NCBI GenBank assembly: GCA_950097015.1
Contig: CATNEN010000012.1
Location: forward strand, 1,364,001 to 1,428,000
Length of the DNA: 64,000 nucleotides
Source: Macrostomum hystrix
Taxonomy: Eukaryota > Animalia > Platyhelminthes
Reading direction: 5' to 3'
The notes under the pieces are model-generated. The model did no database searches and had not been told where the DNA came from. It saw only the letters and a list, made by a program, of their open reading frames with translations. Each line of letters begins with the position of its first letter. Within the stretch, counting starts at the first letter, position 1. A program made the translations under genes and the position numbers. Positions 51,101-63,460 of this stretch are shown piece by piece.

Positions 51101-54100
51101 GCAAGCGGGCGGTCTGCGGGAAGCCCCGCGACGTTGAGACAGACATCAAAAAGTGCCTCTGTCCGGACCGATATGTGCCAGTGTATCAGCAGTGGCTGCA
51201 CTACTATGAGTGCTGTGAGTGGGTCTGGGCAGCAAATAAGTTGGATTCTGTGTGAAATGTGATGGATAGTCTGTGAAATGTGATGGATAGTCTGTGAAAT
51301 GTGATGGATAGTCTGTGAAATGTGATGGATAGTCTGTGAAATGTGATGTATTCTGTGTGAAATGTGATGGATAGTCTGTGAAATGTGATGGATTCTGTGT
51401 GAAATGTGATGGATAGTCTGTGAAATGTGACGGATTCTGTGTGAAATGTGATGGATAGTCTGTGAAATGTGATGGATTCTGTGTGAAATGTGATGGATAG
51501 TCTGTGAAATTTGATGTATTCTGTGTGAAATGTAATGGATAGTATGGTAAATTTGAGGGACAGCGCCAGAAATGTGTTGGATAGTGTGAGAAATGTGATG
51601 GATCTGAAAATGTGTTTGACAGGGTCTAAGACGTGATTTAAACAAAATCTATCGGAAGACTGCCCACTGATTTCAGAGGGTATTTCAACTGAGTACTTTT
51701 CAATAACGCTCATTCATTTCCCCTTGTTAGCGCATATTAAAGAGGATTTTAAAAAGACAAGCAAATTTTAATAGACTCCACTCAAGACGGGCACTTGATT
51801 CAGGAGACTGCTAGCGGGATGAAGTGCTGGACTACCAAATCCCACACCCACCACTAGTGTGTTTTCACTCCTTTTCCGATTCATTAATTATTCATGAGTC
51901 GGGTGGGTGGGTTTGACGCAGCCCAGCAATTGATTCCTGTCAGTCAGCTGAGAAAGTGGAGCAAGAAGAAGCTGATGGAATGTCGAATGTTAATTGGTAG
52001 AAATTGGAGGCTGAGTAACCGGCAGCGAACTGTTTCTTCATCAAATTTTGGGATCCAGGATTTCTCTCTTTCGAGTTGGCGTACGTTTAGCCAAGGCGTT
52101 TATTTTACTTGTTCACAATTTCTGAGAATGGTGTGAAGAGTATAGTTGTGTCTGCTTCAATTCGGGAGCTGTTGCTTTGAGATTCATGCGTATATTTTAT
52201 CCCTAAGAGGTGGGATTGATAGAGAGTTGGGATTGATAGAGAGTTGGGATTGATAGAGAGGTGGGATTGATAGAGAGTTGGGATTGATAGAGAGGTGGGA
52301 TTGATAGAGAGGTGGGATTTATTGAGAGGTGGGATTTCCAGAGAGGTGGGATTTCCAGAGAGGTGGGATTTCCTGAGAGGTGGGATTTCCAGAGAGGTGG
52401 GATTTCCAGAGAGGTGGGATTTCCTAAGTGGTGGGATTTCTAGAGAGGTGGGATTTCTAGAGAGGTGGGATTTATAGAGAGGTGGGATTTCTAGAGAGGT
52501 GGGATTTCTAGAGAGGTGGGATTTATAGAGAGGTTGGATTTATTGAGAGGTGTGATTTACAGAGAGGTGGGACTTCCTGAGCTGTGGGATTTCTAGAGAG
52601 GTGGGATTTCTAGAGAGGTGGGATTTCTAAAGAGGTGAGATTTACTAAGAGGTGGGATTTATTGAGAGGTGGGATTTCCAGAGAGGTGGGATTTACTAAG
52701 AGGTGGGATTTATTGAGAGGTGGGATTTCCAGAGAGGTGGGATTTACTAAGAGGTGGGATTTATTGAGACGCGGGATTTACTAAGAGGTGGGATTTACTA
52801 AGAGGTGGGATTTATTGAGAGGTGGGATTTCCAGAGAGGTGGGATTTCCAGAGAGGTGGGATTTCCTGAGAGGTGGGATTTCCAGAGAGGTGGGATTTCC
52901 AGAGAGGTGGGATTTCCTAAGTGGTGGGATTTATAGAGAGGTGGGATTTCTAGAGAGGTGGGATTTCTAGAGAGGTGGGATTTATAGAGAGGTTGGATTT
53001 ATTGAGAGGTGTGATTTACAGAGAGGTGGGACTTCCTGAGCTGTGGGATTTCTAGAGAGGTGGGATTTCTAGAGAGGTGGGATTTCTAAAGAGGTGAGAT
53101 TTACTAAGAGGTGGGATTTATTGAGTGGTGGGATTTATTGAGACGCGGGATTTACTAAGAGGTGGGATTTATTGAGAGGTGGGATTTCCTGAGTGGTGGG
53201 ATGTCTAGAGAGGTGGGATTTATCGAGAGGTGGGATTTATTCAAAGGTGGGATTTACTGAGAGGTGGGATTTCCAGAGAGGTGGGATTTTCTGAGTGGTG
53301 GGATTTACTGACAGGTGGGATTTCCAGAGAGGTGGGATTTCCTGAGTGGTGGGATTTACTGAGAGGTGGGATTTCCTGAGTGGTGGGATTTCCAGAGAGG
53401 TGGGATTTACTAAGAGGTGTGATTTCCTGAGTGGTGGGATTTCTTGAGAGGTGGGATTTAAAGAGAGGTGGGATTTATTGAGAGGTGGGATTACCTGAGT
53501 GGTGGGATTTCTTGAGAGGTGGGATTTCTAGAGAGGTGGGATTTAAAGAGAGGTCGGATTTATTGAGAGGTGGGATTTCCTGAGAGGTGGGATTTACTGA
53601 TAGGTGGGATTTCCAGAGAGGTGGGATTTATTCAAAGGTGGGATTTACTGATAGGTGGGATTTCTAGAGAGGTGGGATTTATGGAGAGGTGGGATTTCGA
53701 AAGAGGTGGGATTTACTGAGAGGTGGGATTTACTGAGAGGTGGGATTTCCAAAGAGGTGGGATTTCCAGAGAGGTGGGATTTACTGAGAGGTGGGATTTC
53801 CAGAGAGGTGGGATTTACTGAGAGGTGGGATTTCCAGAGAGGTGGGATTTCCAGAGAGGTGGGATTTCCAGAGAGGTGGGATTTCCAGAGAGGTGGGATT
53901 TACTGAGAGGTGGGATTTCCAGAGAGGTGGGATTTATCGAGAGGTGGGATTTCCAGAGAGGTGGGATTTCCAGAGAGGTGGGATTTATCGAGAGGTGGGA
54001 TTTATTTAAAGGTGGAATTTACTGAGTGGTGGGATTTACTGAGAGGTGGGATTTATCGAGAGGTGGGATTTATTTAAAGGTGGAATTTACTGAGTGGTGG

Positions 54101-57100
54101 GATTTACTGAGAGGTGGGATTTCCAGAGAGGTGGGATTTCCAGAGAGTTGGGATCGAGGAACATTTTGATTTATAAAAATATTTGGACTTGGATTTTTAA
54201 TAAAAGTGATCTGAACTAGCTTGACTAGCCTGGATGAACTTAATCGTTGTGACACGATACACAACTCATGCATCCGTTTTCACCCGGTTCTTGCAGTCAA
54301 AACCCTGGACACGGACTCGGAGCCCTGCCGAGACTGCCACGCCGCCAAGCCGTACGGACAGTGCTACGCGGCTAACAACGGCTCGGAGACCGGCTGCCTC
54401 TGTCCCAAACGAATGTCAACACCGATTGTTGAGGGGGCCTTGATCAAGCCCTACTGCTCCAAGCATCACGGTGAGTCACAGTCTCGACTGTGCTCAATTG
54501 GGTTGGATTTGAGATCGGGTAGGATTTGAGATCGGGTAGGATATGAGATCGGGTAGGATTTGAGATCGGGTAGGATTTGAGATCGGGTAGGATTTGAGAT
54601 CGGGTAGGATTTGAGATCGGGTAGGATATGAGATCGGGTAGGATTTGAGATCGGGTAGGATTTGAGATCGGGTAGGATATGAGATCGGGTAGGATTTCAG
54701 ATCGGGTAGGATTCCAGATCAGGTAGAATTTGAGATTGGGTAGGATTTGAGATCGGGTAGGATTGGAGATCGGGTAGGGTTTGTGATCAGGTAGGATTTG
54801 AAGCTATCGGGTATAATATCCGATTGAATTTCAAACTGAAGGATTTGAAATAAGAAAGGGCTTAAAATTAGCTAATAAATATTTGTTCAGAATGGGACAA
54901 AGGTGGTGAAATTCTGGAATGAACTCTTAACAGTAAGTAGGTTCGAAGCATCAGTCAGTTCTCCCTTCAGGTGGGAACTGAGGCATTTCCACAGCCACTG
55001 AAGTCTCATGGGTGATTAACTGGCCCCCCAATAGCAAGGATCGGCACTTTTTCACATAATCTTTCTCCCGTGCGTGGCAACAAAAGCAAGAATGTTTTTG
55101 GGGGGTATCGGGCCTGGTGAATTTCTGGCCTACCTGCACTGATCTGACCCGGCTCTCCGCCTAGACAGGTCCCCCCTGAGATAGCCATCTCTCGTATCCA
55201 AAACCGACTTCCTGCCAATTTAGTTTTCCTAATTTCTTTCACCGCTTTGGCTTGGCAAGAAATTTTTTGTCTTCTGGCGGTCTAAAAATTACTGACAGAT
55301 TTTTTGCAGTTGTAGCTGGAAATTTGGTTTTACAAAATGCATTTGCAATTATTAAAAGTTTCATCGAGCTGATGAATTCAGCATAACGCATGTGTCTGCA
55401 AGATGTTTGTTCGACTGTCGAAGTTCGTGTATCTATTTGTCTTCTAGTCTCGAATTTTGCAAACGTAAAAATAGCTATAGTATAAACGAGCTTTGCGCTG
55501 GAATAAAGTCACAAAAGGCGCCAGGTAACTGTACAGAATAAGCCCTATCGTCTTGAAGCCATTACACATTAAAGCACACATCAGAAGAAACTCACAAACT
55601 CAGCCAACAACCGACAACTTGAAACAACAACTCACAGCCGCAGCTCACAACTCCCAACTCCAACTCACGACTCACAACTCAAACTCACAACTCACAACCC
55701 ACAACTCACAACCCACAACTCACAACTCACAACTCACAACCCACAACTCACAACTCACAACTCACAACTCACAACTCACAACTCACAACCCACAACTCAC
55801 AGCTCAAAACCGCAATTTCCCCACGCCAGTGACCGTGAGCTGTCACACCAACCGGATGGTGGTGAAATTCGATCCGAATTACGACGGCGCTCCGTACGAC
55901 CAGCTGAAGGATCGTCTCACAAAGAGCCTGTCAGTGGCTTACATAGAGAGCTATTATCACGACAGCGTTGGCGCACTGGCCGACAACCAGGAGGTCTGCC
56001 TGCTGGAGCCCACCCCTGATGGCGTGTACACTGCGACCCTCGAGCCCGACTCGGACACCGCGTGCGGACGGCGGACGGTTAAAAGGACCAGCTACATGGT
56101 GCGGATGGTTAAGCGACTGGTTAAGCGGGTAGCTGAGCGGGCGGGTGGTTAAGCGGGTGGTTAAGCGGGTGGTTAAGCGGGTGGTTAAGCGGGTGGTTAA
56201 GCGGGTGGTTAAGCGGGTGGTTAAGCGGGTGGTTAGGTGCGTGGTTAAGCGCGTGGTTGAGCGGGTAGCTGAGCGAGTAGCTGAGCGGGTGGTTGAGTGG
56301 GTGGTTGAGCGGGTGGTTAAGCGGGTAGCTGAGCGGATGGTTAAGCGGGTAGCTGAGCGGGTGGTTAAGCGGGTAGCTGAGCGGATGGTTAAGCGGGTAG
56401 CTGAGCGGATGGTTAAGCGGGTAGCTGAGCGGATGGTTGAGCGGGTGATTGAGCGTGTGGTTGAGCGGGTGGTTGAGCGAGTAGCTGAGCGGGTTGTTAA
56501 GCAGGTGTTTGAGAGGCTGATTGAGCGGGTCTGTTTGAGCTTTCTGAGTTTCGCAGCAAAAACCCAAACCTTTTCTGACAGCCCAACGACCAGATGCTGG
56601 AGGCGACCCTGAAGGTCATGTGGATTCGCAACTTCAACACCTATCCGGACATCATCGTGAGCATCACCTGTCGGGTGCCAGAAGGTGGCAGGCCAGGCGC
56701 CCCAGTCGGCGGGGATTCCTCAGCAGGCTTCCCGGTCCGCCTGCACACGGGGTGAGTGCGTGAAGGCAGTTGTCCCTCTTGGATGTGAGTATTCGCTGTC
56801 AATCAACTCGAATCCTGCCGCTCCGAATTTCCAGGAAATCAGAAGAAGGCCAGTCTCTGGCGCGCGACTCTGTATCCGGATTGTCGCTTGAGCTGCGGGT
56901 GCTGAACCGGTGGAATCGGATGATTCGCGAGACAGACGAGGACGAGATCATCAAACTGGACATCCTGCTACACGACAGGATGGGCAAGTGGCTTTGCTTG
57001 CTTCTTCGTTTACATTGTATTCGCCACCTCGCCTTCGCCCCTCGCCTTCGCCGCCTCGCCTTCGCCGTCTCGCCTTCGTTGTCTCGCCGACGATCTCTCG

Positions 57101-60100
57101 CATTCGCCATTCGGTGTCTTGCCTTCGCCATCTCGCCTCGCCGCCTGGCCTTTCGTCCGCTGCACATTTAAATTTTCTGCACCAAACTTCGTTCTCAATA
57201 CACACGTTCTCATTGATCCTCAATGAAACTCAACGGCAATTAAAAATTGAGGTAGCCGGAAGCTGGCCAGATATATCCGGAGTTCGCGTCTCATTAGGTG
57301 CAGAATAATAACTTCCAGTGGACTGTGGACTGAGGCTAGTGTCCGGTTTCTGGTTGAATGAGCACCTGCTTGCATTTATACCCTTATTTTTATCCCCATG
57401 AGATCTCAGCAAGTCAGCTAAGGTAAAATTGTCCCCTTCCGAGGGCCTGAGCCAAACGTGTTTCCCGTCGAATTATATATAATTATGAAGAATTTTTTGC
57501 GCAATAACTGAGTCGCCAGACAAGCTGCTCTGTCACCAGCGCGCCGTGAAACGCAAGGCTCGTGACCCCCATCGGTTTTTTTGAGGTGTGAGCAACTTTA
57601 CAAGCTTATTGCAAGGTCGGAGCATCGGTTTGCGAAAATGTGACTGGGTTCAACTTTAAACTTATCTCCCTCGCCATTCTCCCTCGCCATTCTCTCTCGC
57701 CCCTTCTCCCTCGCCATTCTCCCTCGCTATTCTACCTCGCTACTCTCCCTCGCTATTCTACCTCGCTACTCTCCCTCGCTATTCTACCTCGCTACTCTCC
57801 CTCGCTATTCTAACTCGCTACTCTCCCTCGCTATTCTACCTCGCTACTCTCCCTCGCCCTTCTCCCTCGCCCTTCTACCTCGCCCTTCTCCCTCGCTAGT
57901 CTACCTCGCTATTCTACCTCGCTATTCTACCTCGCTACTCTCCCTCGCTATTCTACCTCGCCCTTCTACCTCGCCATTCTCCCTCGCCCTTCTCCCTCGC
58001 CCTTCTCCCTCGCCATTCTACCTCGCCCTTCTCCCTCGCTATTCTCCCTCGCCCTTCTCCCTCGCTACTCTCCCTCGCCCTTCTACCTCGCCATTCTCCC
58101 TCGCCCTTCTACCTCGCCCTTCTCCCTCGCTAGTCTACCTCGCTATTCTACCTCGCTATTCTACCTCGCTACTCTCCCTCGCTATTCTACCTCGCCCTTC
58201 TACCTCGCCATTCTCCCTCGCCCTTCTCCCTCGCCATTCTCCCTCGCCCTTCTCCCTCGCCCTTCTCCCTCGCTATTCTACCTCGCTACTCTCCCTCGCT
58301 ATTCTACCTCGCTACTCTCCCTCGCTATTCTACCTCGCTACTCTCCCTCGCTATTCTACCTCGCTACTCTCCCTCGCTATTCTACCTCGCTACTCTCCCT
58401 CGCCCTTCTCCCTAGCCCTTCTCCCCCGGCCTTCTACATCGCCCTTCTCCCTCGCTATTCTCCCTCGCTATTCTACCTCGCTACTCTCCCTCGCTATTCT
58501 ACCTCGCCACTCTCCCTCGCTATTCTACCTCGCTACTCTCCCTCGCTATTCTAACTCGCTACTCTCCCTCGCTATTCTACCTCGCTACTCTCCCTCGCCC
58601 TTCTCCCTCGCCCTTCTACCTCGCCCTTCTCCCTCGCTAGTCTACCTCGCTATTCTACCTCGCTATTCTACCTCGCTACTCTCCCTCGCTATTCTACCTC
58701 GCCCTTCTACCTCGCCATTCTCCCTCGCCCTTCTCCCTCGCCCTTCTCCCTCGCCATTCTACCTCGCCCTTCTCCCTCGCTATTCTCCCTCGCCCTTCTC
58801 CCTCGCTACTCTCCCTCGCCCTTCTACCTCGCCATTCTCCCTCGCTCTTCTCCCTCGCCCTTCTCCCTCGCCCTTCTCCCTCGCCCTTCTCCCTCGCCCT
58901 TCTCCCTGGCGGACTAGTCTCATCGCTCACTGGCACTATCTCCTGTTGCAGGTACCAAAGCAGGCACAGAGTACACAGGCCTGCTGGTGCGGCACTGCTT
59001 CGCTGCCAACCAGTCGGCGGTTGCTAGCGAGCGGCGAACAGCTCGAAGAGGCGGTGCCGTTGGAAGCAGCGGCAGCGGACGCATCGACAGGCAGATTATC
59101 GGATGCGGCGGGTAAGTTACAGCATGTTTTTTCTCTGTAGATGAACAAATAGGTGCGCATCTGACTACTATTAGTAAAATAAAAAATTCTCTTAATACGT
59201 TCTCAATTTATAATTAATCCATTCCAAACCCATTATTTATTCATTATCAACCCACTCTCCAACCATTATTAGTCTACTCATAAACCATTTTAATCCATTC
59301 TTAATCCAATCTAAATCCATTCTAGTGCATCATTAATCCATTTCCAAACATACTGCTAATTGTTTCGAACTAAGAACCAACCGAATGCAGATTCCTACGC
59401 GCCCATCTTTTTAGGGAGCGCGTGATCGACTCCGGCTTCACTGCCGACTTCCGGAGCACACGGCCGGAGGGCAGCCTGCACATGCAGACGGCCGGCTTCC
59501 CCGCCTTCAGGCTGGGCAACGCACCGACACTGTACTTCCTGTGTACTGTGCGCGTCTGCCAGCAGGCCGATGAGAAGCTTTGCGAACAGGTCATTGCGTT
59601 TGTCACTCTTATTCATAAGTTTGTCACTTAATCCTTGACTTCGTCACTCTCATCCTAGAGTATGTCACTCTCAACCCTGAGTTTGTCACTCTCATCCCTG
59701 AGTTTGTCACTCTCAACCCTGAGTTTGTCACTCTCATCCCTGAGTTTGTCACTCTCATCCCTGAGTATGTCACTCTCATCCCTGAGTTTGTCACTCTCAT
59801 CCCTGAGTTTGTCACTCTCAACCCTGAGTTTGTCACTCTCATCCCTGAGTTTGTCACTCTCATCCCTGAGTATGTCACTCTCAACCCTGAGTTTGTCACT
59901 CTCATCCCTGAGTTTGTCACTCTCATCCCTGAGTATGTCACTCTCATGCCTGAGTTTGTCACTCTCATCCCTGAGTTTGTCACTCTCATCCCTGAGTATG
60001 TCACTCTCAACCCTGAGTTTGTCACTCTCAACCCTGAGTTTGTCACTCTCATGCCTGAGTTTGTCACTCTCATCCCTGAGTTTGTCACTCTCATCCCTGA

Positions 60101-61973
60101 TTATGTCACTCTCATCCATGACTATGTCATTCTCATCCCTGATTATGTCACTCTCATGCCTGAGTTTGTCACTCTCATCCCTGAGTTTGTCACTCTCATC
60201 CCTGAGTTTGTCACTCTCATCCCTGAGTATGTCACTCTCAACCCTGAGTTTGTCACTCTCATCCCTGAGTTTGTCACTCTCATCCCTGAGTTTGTCACTC
60301 TCATCCCTGAGTTTGTCACTCTCATCCCTGATTATGTCACTCTCATCCATGACTATGTCATTCTCATCCCTGATTATGTCACTCTCATGCCTGAGTTTGT
60401 CACTCTCATCCCTGAGTTTGTCACTCTCATCCCTGAGTTTGTCACTCTCATCCCTGATTATGTCACTCTCATCCATGACTATGTCATTCTCATCCCTGAT
60501 TATGTCACTCTCATGCCTGAGTTTTTCACTCTCATCCCTGAGTTTTTCGCTCTCATCATTCATTGACTTCGTCACTCTCAACCCTGAGTTTGTCACTCTC
60601 AACCCTGAGTTTGTCACTCTCATGCCTGAGTTTGTCACTCTCATCCCTGAGTTTGTCACTCTCATCCCTGATTATGTCACTCTCATCCATGACTATGTCA
60701 TTCTCATCCCTGATTATGTCACTCTCATGCCTGAGTTTGTCACTCTCATCCCTGAGTTTGTCACTCTCATCCCTGAGTTTGTCACTCTCATCCCTGATTA
60801 TGTCACTCTCATCCATGACTATGTCATTCTCATCCCTGATTATGTCACTCTCATGCCTGAGTTTTTCACTCTCATCCCTGAGTTTTTCGCTCTCATCATT
60901 CATTGACTTCGTCACTCTCATCCTTTACTTCGTCACTCTCATCCCTGAGTTTGTCACTCTCATCCTGAAAGTCACTCTCATGGTAATTTCCGATTTTTCC
61001 TACATTTTCCCAATTCCGCATCTCACAGGCCAGCTGTCTGTCGGACAAAATGGCGAAGAGAAGTCCCGATGCCGGTGTCCGTGATATCGACACCGAGACC
61101 TACGTGGTGGTTGCGCTCAAGCGGGACCCGAAAAGGGCCCAGCCGCGTGAGTTTCAAATCAATTGCATTGCTGTGTTTTTTAGGCGAAATTTTGGATTGA
61201 TAACAGTATATTTTATTATGGCAATATACTAGTCATCTACTCGTGAGTAGAAAGTAAAGCGCATTAAAATGTCTAAAATTGCAGAGTCCAGCTGCCAGGC
61301 AAGCATGTGCCTCAGCACCACCAAAGTAATCGTCATCATCCTGATCCTGCTGGTCCTGCTGGCCCTGGTCAGTGGCCTCGTCATCGTGATCTATCGACGC
61401 CGACTGCTCATCTCTGCTCAGCGACGCCTCAGGCGTGTCAGCAGCTCCCAGGATGGCGGCCCGACCTCGGCGGCGGTGGCAGCCGTCTGTCGCACCGCCG
61501 GCAGCGGCAGTGGCGCGGGGGTCGGCACAGGCTGCAGCGATGACGACAACGATCTAGACGATCTGGACGATGACGTTGTCGAGACGCCGCCGAGGGTCGA
61601 ATCGTCGACACTGGCAGCCAAGACGGTTGTCGACTACGCGGGCTCGCCGACAACTCGGCAGCAGCTGGCGCGGCTGCAGGCGGCCTACGCTACAGTGTCG
61701 GGCTCCCTGCTGGCCGGCAGCGGCTCCGCAGCCTGTCGGTTTGTCGACGGCGCCTCGATGACGCTGGACCGCGGTGCCGGGGTCAGAAACGGCAGGTCGA
61801 GCGGCTTCAGCAGCAAGCAACAGCAGCATCATCATCATCAGCGGCTGCTGCAGTCAGCGGGAGCTGCGGCGCAGGCGCAGGCTCTGCTGCTGCAGGACAG
61901 CGGCAGGCCGGACATTTGCACCTGCGACAGGCAGCTGCACAGCTCCTATTCCATTGCCTCCTCGCAGGTGTAA
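39160..61973 (+). CDS. Type-I membrane protein with Cys-rich EGF/EB-like modules, ZP domain, TM and cytoplasmic tail (~916 aa); exons 39160-39466, 45916-46050, 47166-47256, 49857-49987, 51056-51214, 54297-54470, 55830-56098, 56582-56751, 56835-56983, 58952-59111, 59391-59589, 61029-61146, 61285-61973
   Basis: All 12 junctions are in phase (sum 2751 nt). Hydrophobic N-terminus; CxCP modules; ZP-N start VTVSCHTNRMVVKF; ZP-C motifs YTGLLVRHCFA and FPAFRL..TLYFLCTVRVC; basic KRS site; TM VIVIILILLVLLALVSGLVIVIY followed by RRR. Confidence 0.88.
39510..39915. repeat. 20-bp array (GAGTACTCTTCCAGTGTCCT), ZP gene intron 1
   Basis: Direct inspection. Confidence 0.95.
39935..40545. repeat. 30-bp array (CATCCAGTCACTCCAAATCTCCTAGGCACT)
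   Basis: Direct inspection. Confidence 0.95.
41690..42520. repeat. 20-bp array (TCCCAAAATCCCCTAAAAGC) with degenerate edges
   Basis: Direct inspection. Confidence 0.9.
43477..44175. repeat. 23-bp array (CTGACACCCTGAACATCATTAAA)
   Basis: Period 23. Confidence 0.93.
44930..45860. repeat. 16-bp array (CCAAGTCTCGCCTTAC)
   Basis: Direct inspection. Confidence 0.9.
46095..47140. repeat. 22-bp array (TATTGAGTCTGTAACTACAGTA)
   Basis: Period 22. Confidence 0.95.
47365..48305. repeat. 22-bp array (GTCTGTAACTAGAGTACAGCAA)
   Basis: Period 22. Confidence 0.95.
49205..49850. repeat. 16-bp array (CACTGTCTACTCTCTC) abutting a splice acceptor
   Basis: Runs directly into ..CTCTCGCCAG| at 49856. Confidence 0.95.
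50042..51017. repeat. (CTATC/CCATC)n pentanucleotide array
   Basis: Direct inspection. Confidence 0.97.
51245..51545. repeat. 21-bp array (TGTGAAATGTGATGGATAGTC)
   Basis: Direct inspection. Confidence 0.92.
52205..54150. repeat. 17-bp array (GAGAGGTGGGATTTCCA) with an internal ~460-bp duplication
   Basis: A variant block GAGAGGTTGGATTTATTGAGAGGTGTGATTTACAG occurs at ~52529 and ~52989. Confidence 0.95.
54505..54800. repeat. 17-bp array (GAGATCGGGTAGGATTT)
   Basis: Direct inspection. Confidence 0.93.
55625..55805. repeat. (CAACTCA)n heptamer repeat
   Basis: Direct inspection. Confidence 0.88.
56101..56530. repeat. 12-bp array (GGTTAAGCGGGT) starting at a splice donor
   Basis: Begins immediately after ATG|GT at 56099. 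Confidence 0.92.
57665..58905. repeat. 13-bp array (CTCGCTATTCTAC / CTCGCCCTTCTCC)
   Basis: Period 13. Confidence 0.93.
59625..60980. repeat. 21-bp array (GTTTGTCACTCTCATCCCTGA) with a ~340-bp higher-order duplication
   Basis: The variant block ..TTTTTCGCTCTCATCATTCATTGACTTC occurs at ~60545 and ~60885. Confidence 0.95.
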
Positions 61974-62134
61974 TTCAGTTTTTTCTAAGCGTAGATGGAA
62001 AAATGAGACGAAATGATGGCTTGGGTGGGCGCGGATGTCATGAAAGTAAGAAGCAAACTGACAACTCGTTTGCGTCACGTGACACGCACAAAATTGTGAT
62101 ATGTACCGTCACAGTCTTTAAGATTCTGCGCGCA

Positions 62135-62340
62135 AATTGCTTATTAGAAAGTCACGTGACTATAAATTTCAAAATTCTGTGCACAAATTGCAGATTGGAA
62201 AGTCACGTGACCAATTCCAAGATTCTGTACGCACATTGCCGATTAGAAAGTCACGTGACCGATTCCAAGGTTCTGTACACACGTTGCAGACTAGAAAGGC
62301 ACGTGACCAATTTCAAGGTTCTGTACACACGTTGCAGATC
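62135..62340. repeat. ~48-50-bp repeat containing GTCACGTGAC palindromes
   Basis: About four copies between the convergent ZP and ADCK1 3' ends. Confidence 0.8.
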
Positions 62341-63460
62341 AGAAAGGGGGGCTAAATTGCTAGTTTAGATACTAAAGTTCGCAGAGGGCAGATCTTAGCA
62401 AGACGCCGCCACACAAGCCTTTTCATTCGCCGCCTTAAAGTACGTCTAGTAAAAGTACAACTGGATATTTGTACTCGGATTTCTCCCACATCGCTCCCGA
62501 GCTTCCCAGCCACCGGCCCGAAGTCATCAATTATCATTCTGGAAATCCGATACCCACCTGTCAAAAATTATGTCAATCAAGAAGTTATTTGTTTGCTTGA
62601 TTCTCTTTTTCGTTGTGTTACTTAAAATGTTGCTAATCTCTGTGATTTGTTTTCTACCGTGCAGTGATAAGCAGTTTTGTTTTTTTATATTAATTTAATT
62701 ACGCATAATTATGCATTGAAAATATTGCTTTTCAATTCGCTGTAAGGAGTAAGGTAAAAAGCATGCGCCAATCATACTACTCGTGATCAACCGCGTATTT
62801 AGAGCATTTTTGTCTAACTTAACAGTACATGTGTTGAGCTTGAATAAGACATTTTTGTTTAGGCAGGAAAAAACCAGTGCATACTCAATAAAATACACCG
62901 GGTAGTCTTCGAAACGTACGAATCTTAACCTTAGTTGAACAATTTGATATTCAACCTTTTTATACTTGAAGGCTTTGAAGTGGCAGATCATGCTACTGAA
63001 CTGCAGTAGTCTGTGCCGCGCAACAGAAGTAAAAGTATTTTTGTTTAATTAACATCACAAAAATATGTTTCGCAATCCGGATAAGCACGATGGTTAAAAA
63101 ACACCATCGAATAGCTCTACTGGTCTGTGAGTAGTGCAGTTATAATTTCTCTTCGAAGTAAAATGCTAGTAAAAAGTTAACAAATCTAATATTCCTGAAT
63201 TAATTTATAGCGGATGGCAAAGAATAGAGACAGAAAAAAGACTTCAACACATGAAAGAGACAGGAACAAAGACTTGACACATAGAATAAAGACATGAACA
63301 AAGAATCAACACATGTAATAGAGACGGCAACAGAGACTCAACGCAGGATAGTGACAGGAACAAAGACCACATAGAATAGAGACGGGAATAGAATAGAGAG
63401 AACAAAGAATCAGTACACTTAATAGAGAGAGAAGACAGAACAAAGACACGCGCTCCTAGG

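Noticed and set aside
49158-51713. 620-aa, 329-aa and 264-aa ORFs
   Set aside because: Microsatellite and minisatellite translations; only the embedded exons 49857-49987 and 51056-51214 are real.
59624-61084. Ser/Leu-rich and DESDKLR coiled-coil-like ORFs
   Set aside because: 21-bp intronic array read in several frames.
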